Source: a candidate division WOR-3 bacterium | Lineage (GTDB): Bacteria; Hydrothermota; Tepidihabitantia; Tepidihabitantales; Tepidihabitantaceae | Direction: 5' to 3' | Assembly: GCA_965648935.1 (NCBI GenBank) | Contig: CBFGIY010000005.1 | Coordinates: 1-56,739, forward strand | DNA: 56,739 bases | Shown here: positions 7,758 to 18,512 of the stretch, one piece after another | Layout of the letters: each line of letters starts with the position of its first letter | How positions within the stretch are numbered: the stretch's first letter is position 1 | Made by a program: the position numbers and the translations under genes | The notes under the pieces: model-generated | What the model was told of the DNA's origin: nothing | The model's database searches: none | Seen by the model: the letters and a program-made list of their open reading frames with translations, nothing else

Positions 7758-9500
7758 ATGCGGCTGTTTCGCCGTTTCCGCGTGCTGCGAACCGAGCGGG
7801 CCACGCCGCGCTGGCTCGTGGTGCTGCGTGGCGTCACGACCTGGCTCGTGGCAATCGCGCTCCTGGCATTTGTCAGCCGGTACGGGTACCGGCTGGACTT
7901 CCGCGGCCCGGTCGCCTGGCTCCTGTCCGGCCTGAACGCCGCGGTCGTCCTTCTCGCGCTGCTTGACATCGTCCTGACCTGGTTCTACACGCCCTCGTGG
8001 CCGGCGTACTTCCGCCGCCGCTGGTTCGACCTGGTCCTGCTCGCCGCGATCGTCGCCCTGCTGGTTCTGGGCCTGCCCGCGTACGTGCCGGCATTCGTGC
8101 GCCAGGTGCTGGTGTGGCTGGGCAACTTCACCCGTTCCAGTCGCTTCTACGGGGTCATCGGCCGGCTGCGCCGGCACCCGGTGCGTACCCTGGCTCTGAG
8201 CTTTGTCGCGCTCATTGTCGCGGGCACTTTCGTGCTCACATTCCCGGCCGCGACCGCGGACGGCCGCGGCGCGTCGCCGCTCGACGCGCTCTTCACCGCC
8301 ACCTCCGCGGCCTGCGTCACCGGCCTGACCGTGCGCGACACCGCGACCCATTTCTCCCGCTTCGGCCAGTATGTCATACTCCTGCTATTCCAGCTCGGCG
8401 GTCTGGGCATAATGTCGTTCTCGGCCAGCGTCATCGTGCTGCTGCGCCACCGCCTCGGCCCGGGCGAACGCACCGCGCTCGCCGTCGGGGTCGAGGACCA
8501 GCGCGAGCTCGACATCGCCAAGGCGGTGCGCTACATCCTGCTGTTCACGCTGCTTGCCGAATCAGTCGGCACGCTGCTTCTGTTCGGCCGCTGGCTGCTG
8601 CACTTCAGCGAGCCGGCCGAGGCGCTGTTTCACGCCGCTTTTCACTCGGTTTCGGCCTTCTGCAACGCCGGATTCTCGACATTCTCAGACAGCCTTGTCG
8701 GCTGGCAGGCCGATGTGTTTGTCAACGCCGTGGTCTGCCTGCTGATTGTCCTCGGCGGGCTCGGGTTCAGCGTGGTCCACGAACTGGTCAGCCGCGAGGC
8801 TCTGCGCCGGGGAATCTGGCGCACCTGGACCGGGCTTTCGACCCACGCCCACCTCGTCACCCGCGCCTCTCTCAGCCTCATCGTGTTCGGCGCGCTGGCC
8901 TTCTTCTTTTTCGAGTTCGACAACACGCTGGCCGGCCTGTCGCCGGTCGCCAAGGTTCTCGCCGCCGTCTTCCAGTCGGTGACCCCGCGCACCGCCGGTT
9001 TCAACACCGTGCCGCTCGACTCGCTGCGGCCGGTCACGCTGATGCTGCTTGCGGTGCTGATGTTCATCGGCGCGTCGCCCGGCGGCACCGGCGGCGGCGT
9101 CAAGACAAGCACGATGGCGGTGCTCTGGTTCACCCTGCGCAATGTGGTCGCCGGCCGGCCCGAGGTCGAGGTGCGCGGCCGCACCATCAGCCGGGACACG
9201 GTCTACCGCGCCGCGGCTGTCTTCGGCACCGGGCTGGCACTTGTCGCCTTCTTCCTTGGCATCCTGCTTGTATCGGAACGCCAGCCGTTCGAGCGGCTGC
9301 TGTTCGAAACCGTCTCGGCCTTCGGCACGGTCGGCCTTTCCACCGGCATCACCCCGGACTTGAGCGTGGCCGGCCGGCTGGCTATCATCGCCCTGATGTA
9401 CATCGGCCGCCTCGGCCCCCTGACCCTGGCTCTGACCATGGCCGCACGCCGCCCGCGCCTGGCCGTTTCCTACCCGTCGGCCCGCGTGCTGGTCGGCTAG
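7758..9500 (+). CDS. ktrB: TrkH/KtrB-family potassium uptake membrane subunit with an N-terminal 4-TM extension
   Basis: Four pore-loop motifs SAACVTGL, SAFCNAGF, TPRTAGFN and SAFGTVGLS; also ASPGGTGGGVK and MYIGRLGPLT. Confidence 0.92.
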   Translation: MRLFRRFRVLRTERATPRWLVVLRGVTTWLVAIALLAFVSRYGYRLDFRGPVAWLLSGLNAAVVLLALLDIVLTWFYTPSWPAYFRRRWFDLVLLAAIVALLVLGLPAYVPAFVRQVLVWLGNFTRSSRFYGVIGRLRRHPVRTLALSFVALIVAGTFVLTFPAATADGRGASPLDALFTATSAACVTGLTVRDTATHFSRFGQYVILLLFQLGGLGIMSFSASVIVLLRHRLGPGERTALAVGVEDQRELDIAKAVRYILLFTLLAESVGTLLLFGRWLLHFSEPAEALFHAAFHSVSAFCNAGFSTFSDSLVGWQADVFVNAVVCLLIVLGGLGFSVVHELVSREALRRGIWRTWTGLSTHAHLVTRASLSLIVFGALAFFFFEFDNTLAGLSPVAKVLAAVFQSVTPRTAGFNTVPLDSLRPVTLMLLAVLMFIGASPGGTGGGVKTSTMAVLWFTLRNVVAGRPEVEVRGRTISRDTVYRAAAVFGTGLALVAFFLGILLVSERQPFERLLFETVSAFGTVGLSTGITPDLSVAGRLAIIALMYIGRLGPLTLALTMAARRPRLAVSYPSARVLVG

Positions 9501-9514
9501 AGGAGGATAGCAAA

Positions 9515-10204
9515 ATGAAGCAGTTCGCCGTCATCGGGCTCGGCACATTCGGCGCCGGCGTTGCCCGCACACTGACCGAGCGCGGCGCCGAGGTGCTCGC
9601 CATCGACAAGGAAGCAAGCCGGGTCGAAGCCATCAAGGATGACGTCACCCAGGCCCTCTGTCTCGACGCGACGGACGAGGAGGCGCTGTCCCGCTCGGGC
9701 GTGCTTGACGTTGACGCCGTGGTCGTCGCGATGGGCGAACACATGGAGGCCGCCATCCTGACAACCGCCATACTCAAGCGGCTCGGCGCCGGCCACATCG
9801 TCGCCCGCGCCGCGTCCGACCTCTACGCCCAGATTCTCGGTGACGTCGGCGCCGACCGCACCGTGCTCATCGAAGAACAGATGGCCGAACAGGTCGCCAA
9901 GACCCTCATCGCGCCGAACCTGCTCGACCAGATAACCCTGACCAGCGGCCACAGCCTCGTCGAGATGAAGCCGCGCCGCGACATGGTCGGCAAGAAGCTG
10001 GGCGAGCTCGACATCCGCCGCCGCTACCGGGTGAACGTCATCGCGGTCAAGAAGCGGGTCCCCGTCATCAACGAAGACGGCGAGACCAGCTACATCGAGA
10101 AGACCAACGACGTGCCCGGCCCGGATGACCGCATCGAGCAGGACGACGTGCTCGTGCTCGTCGGCGTCGACGAGGACATCGAGCGCCTGACCGCAAACCG
10201 CTAG
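9515..10204 (+). CDS. ktrA: TrkA/KtrA-family RCK gating subunit
   Basis: MKQFAVIGLGTFG Rossmann motif with RCK_N and RCK_C domains. SD AGGAGG precedes ATG 9515. Confidence 0.93.
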   Translation: MKQFAVIGLGTFGAGVARTLTERGAEVLAIDKEASRVEAIKDDVTQALCLDATDEEALSRSGVLDVDAVVVAMGEHMEAAILTTAILKRLGAGHIVARAASDLYAQILGDVGADRTVLIEEQMAEQVAKTLIAPNLLDQITLTSGHSLVEMKPRRDMVGKKLGELDIRRRYRVNVIAVKKRVPVINEDGETSYIEKTNDVPGPDDRIEQDDVLVLVGVDEDIERLTANR

Positions 10205-10205
10205 C

Positions 10206-11552
10206 ATGCCCAACGGCAACGGCCGGCCCGCGGTGCGCGGCCCGCGCACCATCAGCGGCCGCATCGCGGTCGGCATGCTCCTGGCCAGCCTGCTGGTCAG
10301 CCCGGTAGTGGTGCTGTCGTTGTTCTACAACAGCCTGATGAACCGCGCCATCCAGCGCACGGTCGACGTCGACCTCGAGCTGCTGCGCATCGCCGACCGC
10401 ATCACGATCGGCTTCCTCACCGCGCGGCGGCTGGAGAAGAACTTCGTCATCTTCGACGACTCGCTCTACCTGTCGGGCGGGCGCGAGGCGCTCGACCGGG
10501 TCATCCAGCTCTGCAACCGCGGCCAGCGCATCGACCCGTCGCTCGGCGCCGATTTCGACTCGATCGCGGCCCAGGTCCGCCGCTACCAGGCCCTGCTCGA
10601 CACGCTCGGCACCCTGCCCGCGGCCCAGCCGGGTGCCGCCTACCTCGAAGACTGGAGCCGCCTGCGCACGCGCCACCAGCTTCTGCTCGACCAGGCCTTC
10701 GCCGCGGAGGACAGCGCGCGCCGCGACTCGCTCATCGCCGCGGCCGCGGCCGTGGCCCGCGACATGGAACTGCCCCTGCGCGGCGGCCCGGCCGGCCGCC
10801 TGCTCGCCGCGCGGATGCGCACGGTCGAGGACGCCATATCCGCCCGCACCAGCGCAATTTCCCGACTCGTTTCGGACCGCGTGGCCCAGGGCCGCAGCCG
10901 CGTGCGCAGCCTCACGGCCTGGAGCCAGCGCAACATCCTGACAATGCTGGTGGTCGTCGCCATCGTGCTGGCCTGGCTCATCGCCACCACCCCGCGCCGC
11001 ATCCTGCTGCCGGTCAAGCGCATTTCCAACGCCCTCGCCCGCGCCGAGGAGGGCGACCTCGACTTCCGCATCTCGGTGCGTTCCAACGACGAGCTCGGCA
11101 ATCTCGCCCGCCAGCTCAACCGGGTCTTCGCGCGCCTGCGCGAGATTGACGAACGCAAGGTCAGCCGCATCCTGCTGCTTGAGCGGCGGTTCCGCCAGCT
11201 CTGCGCCAGCATCGCCGAGGGCGTGATCGTCGTCGACCGCACGCCCGCCATCATCTATGCCAACGCCGCGATTGAGCCTGTGCTCGGGGTGCGCGCCGCC
11301 GAAGCGACCGGCCACGACCTCGCCAGCTTCCCGCAGCTTGAGTTCCTGCGCGAGCCGCTCGAGCACACCCTTGCCGGCGCGGTCGGACGCCAGGAGTGCG
11401 AGATTCTGGCCGAGATGCCCGGCTCGGCGCTCTGCATCGAGGCACTGCGTGACAACACCGGCACGGTCGTCGGCGCGCTGGTCATCATAATCAACCCGGC
11501 ACCCCCGGTCAGGGCGACTGAAGACGAGTCAGCCGACACCGGCGCAACCTGA
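10206..11552 (+). CDS. Membrane sensor-like protein (TM, helical periplasmic domain, TM, HAMP, PAS) with no catalytic output domain
   Basis: HAMP PVKRISNALARAEEGDLDFRISVRSNDELGNLARQLN; PAS SIAEGVIVVDRTPAIIYANAAIE. The protein ends right after the PAS domain. Confidence 0.8.
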   Translation: MPNGNGRPAVRGPRTISGRIAVGMLLASLLVSPVVVLSLFYNSLMNRAIQRTVDVDLELLRIADRITIGFLTARRLEKNFVIFDDSLYLSGGREALDRVIQLCNRGQRIDPSLGADFDSIAAQVRRYQALLDTLGTLPAAQPGAAYLEDWSRLRTRHQLLLDQAFAAEDSARRDSLIAAAAAVARDMELPLRGGPAGRLLAARMRTVEDAISARTSAISRLVSDRVAQGRSRVRSLTAWSQRNILTMLVVVAIVLAWLIATTPRRILLPVKRISNALARAEEGDLDFRISVRSNDELGNLARQLNRVFARLREIDERKVSRILLLERRFRQLCASIAEGVIVVDRTPAIIYANAAIEPVLGVRAAEATGHDLASFPQLEFLREPLEHTLAGAVGRQECEILAEMPGSALCIEALRDNTGTVVGALVIIINPAPPVRATEDESADTGAT

Positions 11553-11580
11553 CGCTCCGGCCCGGTTGTAGTGAAGGGGT

Positions 11581-12441
11581 TCAGCCCGCGCGGGGCGGGT
11601 CGTGGCGCAGGTGCACCACGCGCTGGGGCAGCGGTATCTCGATTCCTTCCGACTCAAACGCCGCCTTGAGCCGCAGCCGCAGCTCGCGCTCGGCTTCCCA
11701 GTGCCGCAGCGGCAGCACCTTGACAACCACGCGGATGCGCACCCCGGACTCGCCCAGCTCCAGAAGGCCCTGCACCGTCGGCGGCTCCAGGCACAGCTCG
11801 GCCCGCTCCGCGTACCAGGCATCCGCGACCGCCTGAGCCCGTGCCATGCCGGCGGCCGCATCCTGACCATAGGCCAGGTCCACCGTCACCAGCGCGCGCA
11901 TGAACCCGCGGTTGCGGTTGCCGAACCGGGTCAGCTCGCCATTGGGCACCACGAACAGCGTGCCGTCCCACGCCCGCACCCGGGTCGCCCGCAGCCCGAC
12001 CGCCTCAACCGACCCGCTGATGTCGCCGACCACGATGAAATCGCCGACGCTGATGTCGTCCTCGAGCAGCAGGAAGAAGCCGGATATGAAGTCGCGCACC
12101 AGCGTCTGGGCGCCGAACCCGACCGCCAGCCCGACCACGCCCGCCCCGGCCAGTATCGCGGTGTAGTCAACCCCCAGCACCCGCAGCACCAGCACCAGCG
12201 CCATGAACGCGATGATGTAACCGGCCACGCTGTTGGCGAGGGTTATGAGTGTCCTGGCGCGGCGCTCGTGCGCCCGGCGCAGGAGGCGCCTTATCACCGC
12301 GCCGGCAATAACATAGGCCAGCACCGCCGCCGCGATGACCAGCACGACCTGCACCGCCCGGGTCAGGTGACCGGCCAGCTTCTCGGGCGATGTCAGCCGC
12401 TCGACCACGTGCCGCCAGATCTCGCGCCAGAACACGCTCAC
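11581..12441 (-). CDS. mscS: Small-conductance mechanosensitive channel (MscS family)
   Basis: Motifs GLAVGFGAQTLVRDFISG, GSVEAVGLRAT and VPNG. The GTG start overlaps the selD stop (GTGA). Confidence 0.9.
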   Translation of the reverse strand: MSVFWREIWRHVVERLTSPEKLAGHLTRAVQVVLVIAAAVLAYVIAGAVIRRLLRRAHERRARTLITLANSVAGYIIAFMALVLVLRVLGVDYTAILAGAGVVGLAVGFGAQTLVRDFISGFFLLLEDDISVGDFIVVGDISGSVEAVGLRATRVRAWDGTLFVVPNGELTRFGNRNRGFMRALVTVDLAYGQDAAAGMARAQAVADAWYAERAELCLEPPTVQGLLELGESGVRIRVVVKVLPLRHWEAERELRLRLKAAFESEGIEIPLPQRVVHLRHDPPRAG

Positions 12442-13475
12442 CTCACCTCGACCGCGCCGGCCGCCCCGTCCAGCGCCTCGCCCACTGCCGCGGCCAAAAC
12501 CCCGGCCTCGGCACAGAGCCGGACGAACCGCTCGACCCGGTCCGGAGCCAGCGCCACGAGCAGCCCGCCCGAAGTCTGGGACTCCCACATCAGCTTGCGC
12601 CGGACGTCGCTCACGCCCGGGGCGAACTGGACGCGGCTGCCGAACGAAGTCTCGTTCATCAGCACCCCGGGATCTTCCAGACCCTGCTCGATGAGCTTCT
12701 CGACGCCGGGCAGCACCGGCAGGCTGGCCGAATCGAACCGCAGCCGCACGCCGCTCGCCTCGGCCATCTCCTGAGCGTGGCCGAGCAGCCCGTAGCCGGT
12801 GATGTCGGTGGCAGAGGACGTGCCGCACTCAAGCATCGCCCGGCTCGCCGCGCGGTTCGGGGTCGCCATCGACTTCACTGCCGCATCGTACAGCGTCGCA
12901 TCGACCTCGTCCAGCGTCAGCATCGCGGTCCCGAAAACGCCCGCGCCCAGCGGCTTGGTCAGCACCAGCACCTCGCCCGGCCTGGCCCCGGCATTGGTGA
13001 CGATGCGCTTCGGGTCGATGACGCCGGTGACCGCCAGCCCGAACTTGATTTCCTTTTCGTTGAAAGTGTGCCCGCCCGCGACCACGGCACCGGCCTCGCT
13101 CACCGCGTCCTGCCCCCCGCGCAGGATCTCCGCGAGCACGCGCTTGTCCATCGGAGCCGGGAATCCGACGATGTTGAGCACGGTCAGCGGCTCGCCGCCC
13201 ATTGCCCACACATCGGACAGCGAGTTCGTCGCCGCGATTCGGCCGTAGGTGTAGGGGTCCTCAACCATCGGGGTCAGCAGGTCGACCGTCTGCACCAGCG
13301 CGAGGTCGTCCCGCACCAGGAAAACCCCGGCGTCGTCGGCTGTGTTGATTCCGACCAGCAGCCGCGGGTCGGTCGGGCGTTGCAGCCCTGAGAGTGCCTG
13401 CGCCAACTGCGCCTTGCTCAGCTTGGACGCTCAGCCGGCGCAGGACACCGTTGCGAGAATGCCTCGCTTGGGCAT
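12438..13475 (-). CDS. selD: Selenide,water dikinase (selenophosphate synthetase), a selenoprotein with Sec at codon 15
   Basis: ATG 13475 reads MPKRGILATVSCAG-UGA-ASKLSKAQL, in frame with ORF 12438..13406. Motifs DDAGVF, VQTVD, NSLSDVWAMGG, TDITGYGLLGH and QTSGGLL. Confidence 0.93.
13388..13421 (-). promoter_or_regulatory. Candidate bacterial SECIS element of selD
   Basis: Downstream of the UGA (13431-13433): a CUGAG/CUCAG lower stem and a GCGC/GCGC upper stem with apical loop AGUUG, starting 22 nt after the UGA. Confidence 0.65.
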
Positions 13476-13479
13476 GCCA

Positions 13480-15375
13480 TCACCTCGCTTTCTTGAGCAC
13501 GCGGACCTCGCCCCGGCGCTGGGTGACGCCGCGCGAGTCAAAGTAGTTGAGCAGCGGTATGAGCACCTTGCGCGTCGTCTCCAGCCCCTGGCGGATTTCC
13601 GAAGCGGAAAGCTCCGGCTTGGTTTCGAACAGCCGGCGCACGACCGACTCGGCCTCTGCCACCGTATCGCGGTGCAGCACCACCGACTCGCCGACATCGA
13701 CCAGCGTGCCCGACTCCAGCAGCGCCGTGCGCACGCGGTCGGCCAGCTTCTTCTCGACCCCGGCCAGCGCTTCGGCCAGCGCCGGCGGCGCGAGCCGGGC
13801 GTCGCGGTAGAGCGCGGCCACGCGGTCGAACTGCTTCTTCTCGGCCGGCGAAAGCTTCAGCTCGTGGCCGGACAGCCGGACCCGGTCGTCCTCGACCTTC
13901 ACCTCGCCGGACTCGACAAGCCGCTCGAGCACCGCCTCGTACAGCGGCGCCGAAAGCCCGGTCGCGGCTTTGGCGCGCAGCTCCGGCCGCCTGAGCCCCA
14001 GCCGGAACGGATTGTCGGCATGAAACTTCGCGAGCGTGTCGAGCACTGCCTTGCGCGCGTCCGCGAACACGCTGTCCGCGACAAGGTAGTCCTTGCCGTC
14101 AATCGCGAGCACGCGGCAGCGGCCGGTGCGGACCAGCACCTCCAGCATCCGCGCCGCATCGGCGTCCGAGAGCGCGAGGTCGCGCGCCGCCGCGGCGAGC
14201 GTGCGGATGTCGAACCGGTGCTTGAGCAGGTACTGCTCCAGCACGCTGCCCGCCTCGCCGCGCTTGAGCGCGCGCAGCCGGGCCAGCGCCGCCTCGTCAA
14301 ACCGGCGCTCGCGTCCCGGGTTCGATTCCAGCACCAGCCCGCCGCCGACTGTCTGCTGCGGCGAGTAGAACCGCACGACATAGTGGTCGTTCCAGTCGCA
14401 GACCACCGGCTCCTCGAGCCGGAACTGGACCAGCGCCTCGCCGCCCGGGGCCAGCTCCTTGCAGTCCAGAAGCATCACCCGGCACATCGTCTCGGCCGTG
14501 CCGACATGCAGCTTGAGCCGGGTCATGTTGCGCAGCGGCCGCTCGACCGACCTGAGCAGGTAGAGCGTGGCGTTGAGATACTCGGTCGGCGTGAAGTAGC
14601 CGGGCGTGGCCAGCACGTTGCCGCGCACGACCGTCTCGCGCTCTATCCCCTGCAGGTTGAGCGCGGCCCGCTCGCCCATCGCCACCGATTCCAGTTGCCG
14701 GTTGTGCTCCTGGATTCCGCGCACGCGCACCTCACGGCACTGGGGCAGCAGCTCGAGCCGGTCCCCGACGCGGCACGAGCCGGAAAGCACGGTGCCGGCC
14801 ACGACCGTGCCGAACCCCTTGATCGTGAAACAGCGGTCCACGGGCAGTCGGAACACGCCGCGGTCGGTCTTGGGCGGCAGCTCGGCGGCCGCGGCCTCGA
14901 CCAGCGCGCGCAGCTCGGGTATGCCCTGACCGGTAACGGCCGACACGACCGCCACCGGCGCGCCCTCCAGAAAGCTGCCCTTGACCAGCTCGGCCGCGTC
15001 CAGCTTGACCAGCTCCAGCCACTCCTCGTCGGCGAGGTCGGCCTTGTTGACTACGATTATGCCCTTGCGGATGCCCATCAGCCGGCAGATCTCGAAGTGC
15101 TCGCGCGTCTGGGGCATCACGCCGTCGTCGGCCGCGACCACCAGCAGAACCATGTCGATCGTGCTCGCGCCGGCGAGCATGTGGCGCACGAACCGCTCGT
15201 GCCCGGGCACGTCGATTATCGTTATCCGGTCGCCGAGGAAGGCGAAGCCGAGGTCGGTGGTCATCCCCCGCTCCTTCTCTTCCTTCAGGCGGTCCGGGTC
15301 GGTCCCGGTCAGCGCCTTGACCAGCGCGCTCTTGCCGTGGTCGATATGGCCGGCCGTGCCGACTACCGCGTGCAC
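13480..15375 (-). CDS. selB: Selenocysteine-specific elongation factor
   Basis: Motifs [25 protein letters not shown] and DVPGHERF; C-terminal winged helices ([12 protein letters not shown]). Confidence 0.96.
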   Translation of the reverse strand: MHAVVGTAGHIDHGKSALVKALTGTDPDRLKEEKERGMTTDLGFAFLGDRITIIDVPGHERFVRHMLAGASTIDMVLLVVAADDGVMPQTREHFEICRLMGIRKGIIVVNKADLADEEWLELVKLDAAELVKGSFLEGAPVAVVSAVTGQGIPELRALVEAAAAELPPKTDRGVFRLPVDRCFTIKGFGTVVAGTVLSGSCRVGDRLELLPQCREVRVRGIQEHNRQLESVAMGERAALNLQGIERETVVRGNVLATPGYFTPTEYLNATLYLLRSVERPLRNMTRLKLHVGTAETMCRVMLLDCKELAPGGEALVQFRLEEPVVCDWNDHYVVRFYSPQQTVGGGLVLESNPGRERRFDEAALARLRALKRGEAGSVLEQYLLKHRFDIRTLAAAARDLALSDADAARMLEVLVRTGRCRVLAIDGKDYLVADSVFADARKAVLDTLAKFHADNPFRLGLRRPELRAKAATGLSAPLYEAVLERLVESGEVKVEDDRVRLSGHELKLSPAEKKQFDRVAALYRDARLAPPALAEALAGVEKKLADRVRTALLESGTLVDVGESVVLHRDTVAEAESVVRRLFETKPELSASEIRQGLETTRKVLIPLLNYFDSRGVTQRRGEVRVLKKAR

Positions 15376-15376
15376 C

Positions 15377-16831
15377 CTAGAATCCCCGCCGCTCGTTCCG
15401 GCCCGGAATGCCCAGCTCGTCGCGGTACTTGGCCACGGTCCGGCGCGAGATGCTCACCCCGTCCATTTTCAGCCGCCCGGCGATCTCGTCGTCGCTCAGC
15501 GGCGAGGTCTTGCTCTCGCGCTCGATTATCTGGGCGACCTTCTCCTTGATGCTCGTGCGCGCCGTGTTGCCGGCTCCGGCCGTGAAGAAATGCTTGTAGG
15601 GGAAGATGCCGAACTGGGTCTCGATGTACTTGCCCGCGATCGCGCGCGACACGGTCGAAGCGTGAACCCCGAGGTACCCGGCCGCCTCGCGCAGCGTGGC
15701 CGGCTTCATGTGCTCGATGCCCTTCTCGAAGAAGTCGCGCTGGCGCTCGATGATCAGATCGGTCAGCTTGCGCAGGGTGCGGCGCCGCGACTCGATGGCG
15801 CGGAGAAACATCAGCGCCCGGTTGAACTTCTCGCGCGCGAACGCGACCTGCTCCTTGGTGAAGCCGGCCGGATTGCGCAGGATGTCGAGGTAGCGCTGCG
15901 ACAGGCGCAGGCGCGGAAAGCTCTCGTCGGTCGGCACTCCGACCAGCTCGTCGCCGCGCCACTCGACCGAGTAGTCGGGCGCGACATAGCTTGTCACCGC
16001 GCCCGAGAACCGCCGCGCCGGCCGGGTTTCCAGGCCGGCGATGGTGCGCAGCGCGGCCTGGACATCGTCCTCGCTCACCGCGCACACCCGGGCGATGCGC
16101 GCGAGCTGCTTCTTCTTCAGCAGCTCCCAGAGGTCGCCGACCAGGCGCCGTTCCAGACTCTGCGGGTCGTAACCCGCCAGCTCGAGCTGCACGTCCAGCG
16201 ACTGCCGGCAGTCGCGGCAGGCCAGCCCGCCCGGCTCGGTCCGCTGGATGGCATACACCAGCGCCCGGACGCGGCCCAGGTCAACCCCGCGCGCCGATGC
16301 TATCTCCTCCTCGGTCATCGTCAGGAAACCGTCCTCGTCCAGCGACTCGACAATGAACTCGGCAAGCTCGGCGTCCTCCGTGCTGAGCTGGTCGCGCAGC
16401 CGCGGCAGCAGCGTGTCGGCGAGGGTCTGCTCGGGCCCGGCCGCGAGCTCGACCCCGGTAAGCTCATCATCCTCGCCCGAACGCCCCGGGGTCGGGCTGA
16501 AGCCGTCGTCGGGCATCAGGTCCGCGACGGTGTAGTCGAAATCCGACTTGACCGCGTTCGCCTCGTCGGCCGCGCCGCCGACCTCCTGCGCGACGTCGGA
16601 CTGGGCCGGGCCCGGGGCCTCGACCGCCGGCTCGGGCAGCTCGACCGACCCGGCCGGGTCAGCGCCCTCGCCCGCGCCGAGCGGCTCCTCCAGCGCCGGG
16701 TTGTTCTCCAGCTCCTCGCGCACCAGCGCCTCGAGGTCGAGGCTCGACATCTGCAGCAGCTTCATGTTCAGGATGAGCTGCGGGGTCAGCCGCAGTTCCT
16801 GCGCGAGCCGCTGCTCGATGCCGATTCTCAT
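15377..16831 (-). CDS. rpoN: RNA polymerase sigma-54 factor
   Basis: Region I LTPQL...[14 protein letters not shown] and the RpoN box SRRTVAKYR. Confidence 0.96.
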   Translation of the reverse strand: MRIGIEQRLAQELRLTPQLILNMKLLQMSSLDLEALVREELENNPALEEPLGAGEGADPAGSVELPEPAVEAPGPAQSDVAQEVGGAADEANAVKSDFDYTVADLMPDDGFSPTPGRSGEDDELTGVELAAGPEQTLADTLLPRLRDQLSTEDAELAEFIVESLDEDGFLTMTEEEIASARGVDLGRVRALVYAIQRTEPGGLACRDCRQSLDVQLELAGYDPQSLERRLVGDLWELLKKKQLARIARVCAVSEDDVQAALRTIAGLETRPARRFSGAVTSYVAPDYSVEWRGDELVGVPTDESFPRLRLSQRYLDILRNPAGFTKEQVAFAREKFNRALMFLRAIESRRRTLRKLTDLIIERQRDFFEKGIEHMKPATLREAAGYLGVHASTVSRAIAGKYIETQFGIFPYKHFFTAGAGNTARTSIKEKVAQIIERESKTSPLSDDEIAGRLKMDGVSISRRTVAKYRDELGIPGRNERRGF

Positions 16832-17604
16832 ATACGGAACCTCTCCCCGAGGTAGACCTGCCGCGCGGTCTCGTCGCGCACCAGGTCATCGGACGTGCCC
16901 GACAGCAGCACCCGGGCATCGTACATGATGTACGCCCGGTCGGTTATCTCCAGGGTCTCGCGCACGTTGTGGTCGGTGATGAGTATGCCCAGGCCCTCGC
17001 CCTTGAGCCTGCGGATGATGTCCTGAATCTCGGCGCGCACTATCGGGTCGATGCCGGTGAACGGCTCGTCCAGCAGCAGGAACGCCGGCCTTGAAGCCAG
17101 GGCCCGCGCCATCTCCACCCTGCGCCGCTCGCCGCCCGACAGGGTCCCGCCCTGCTGCTTTCGCAGGTGGGCGACATTGAGCTTCTCCAGAAGCTCGGTA
17201 ACCCGCGCGGCCCGCTCGGCCTTCGGGCAGCCCAGCATCTCCAGTATCGCCAGCACATTGTCCCCAACTGACAGCTTGCGGAAGATCGAAGGCTCCTGCG
17301 AGAGATAGCCCAGGCCCAGCCGGGCCCGGCGATACACCGGCTGGTGGGTGATGTCGGCGCTGCCGAGCATGATGCGGCCTGCCTCTGGCCGGACGAAACC
17401 CGTGATCATGTGGAAGGTCGTTGTCTTGCCCGCGCCGTTCGGCCCGAGCAGGCCGACAACCTCGCCCCGCGCGAGTTCCAGGCTGACGCCGTCGACCACC
17501 CGCCGGCCGCCGTAGCGCTTGACCAGCCCCTCGGCAGTCAGCTTCAACGATTCGACTGGGACTGTCGCCCCGGTCAGGTTCGCCGCCGCCTGCGGTTCGC
17601 TCAA
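16828..17604 (-). CDS. lptB: LPS export ABC transporter ATP-binding protein
   Basis: Motifs [31 protein letters not shown] and [10 protein letters not shown]; lies upstream of rpoN. Confidence 0.95.
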   Translation of the reverse strand: MSEPQAAANLTGATVPVESLKLTAEGLVKRYGGRRVVDGVSLELARGEVVGLLGPNGAGKTTTFHMITGFVRPEAGRIMLGSADITHQPVYRRARLGLGYLSQEPSIFRKLSVGDNVLAILEMLGCPKAERAARVTELLEKLNVAHLRKQQGGTLSGGERRRVEMARALASRPAFLLLDEPFTGIDPIVRAEIQDIIRRLKGEGLGILITDHNVRETLEITDRAYIMYDARVLLSGTSDDLVRDETARQVYLGERFRI

Positions 17605-18512
17605 TTCTCTCCCGCGCTTCCCGGCCGGATGAGCTGGCCCGACCGCAACCCGCTGACCTCGACCCGGTCGACACCGCCGCCGACCAGGCCCAGGCTTATG
17701 GCCGTACCGGACACCAGTACCCGGTCGCCGCCCTCCGTGCGGTACTCGCCGGCCGCGTTGCCGATGATGTTGACGCGCTCAAGCGTCCCGCCGCTCACGT
17801 GGAAAGTCATCGTGTCGCCGGTCGCCTCGCTCTGCCGGTCGCGCACGCGCGGTCTGCCCCAGGCCACGCCCGAGTCGGGCCCCGAGTAGAACACCGCCGA
17901 GTCGCACTCAAGCTCGCTGTGGCCCGAGCTCACCAGCACACCGCCCCGGGCCACGGCCCGCGACGCGCGCTCCTCCCAGACCATCGTCCGGCTCGTGACC
18001 CGCGCCGAGTCCTCGCCCCGCCGCCACGACAGAACCGGCGCCGCCTCGACCATCCCGACGTCGTTGGCCATGTCATAGGTGCCGCGGTCTCCGCTCAGCC
18101 GGAAGTCGCGCGCCTCGTCGGTCAGCACCAGCCCGCGGTCGGCCCGGACCAGCCGTTCGGCCGTGCGGTACTCCAGCCACGGCGCGGTGATGACAAGCGA
18201 CTCGCGCCGCACCCGCACCGCGCCGAAAAGCTCGGCGCGCCGCTCGTTCATGAAGTACAGCGCGGAGTCGGCCCAGACCATCGCGTCCGGGCTCTTGATG
18301 CGCACGTCGCCGCTGATCGCGGCGCGCCCGGCCCGGTCATTGAGTCGGGCCTGGAAAGCGTCAATCCGCGTGCCGCCGTCGGTGATGACCACGCTGTCCT
18401 CGAACACGGTCAGCTCGCCCTCGCTCGACCGCACGATCGCCATCTTCCGGGCGTAGAGCTCGGCCCCGGTCCCGACCGCGGCCAGCAGAAGCAGGGCGGC
18501 GACCGTCCTCAT
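17601..18512 (-). CDS. lptA: LptA/OstA-like beta-jellyroll periplasmic protein (two jellyroll repeats)
   Basis: Signal peptide, beta-rich ADSA.Y repeats, and position between lptC and lptB. Confidence 0.75.
   Translation of the reverse strand: MRTVAALLLLAAVGTGAELYARKMAIVRSSEGELTVFEDSVVITDGGTRIDAFQARLNDRAGRAAISGDVRIKSPDAMVWADSALYFMNERRAELFGAVRVRRESLVITAPWLEYRTAERLVRADRGLVLTDEARDFRLSGDRGTYDMANDVGMVEAAPVLSWRRGEDSARVTSRTMVWEERASRAVARGGVLVSSGHSELECDSAVFYSGPDSGVAWGRPRVRDRQSEATGDTMTFHVSGGTLERVNIIGNAAGEYRTEGGDRVLVSGTAISLGLVGGGVDRVEVSGLRSGQLIRPGSAGEN

Noticed and set aside
7997-9514. Apparent 500-aa N-terminal extension of KtrA (ORF 7997..10204)
   Set aside because: It is an alternate frame of ktrB with low-complexity Arg/Pro content. 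A strong SD and ATG at 9515 mark the real start.
12438-15375. tRNA-Sec (selC) or selA near selB/selD
   Set aside because: No cloverleaf with a UCA anticodon and no SelA-like ORF were seen in the window.
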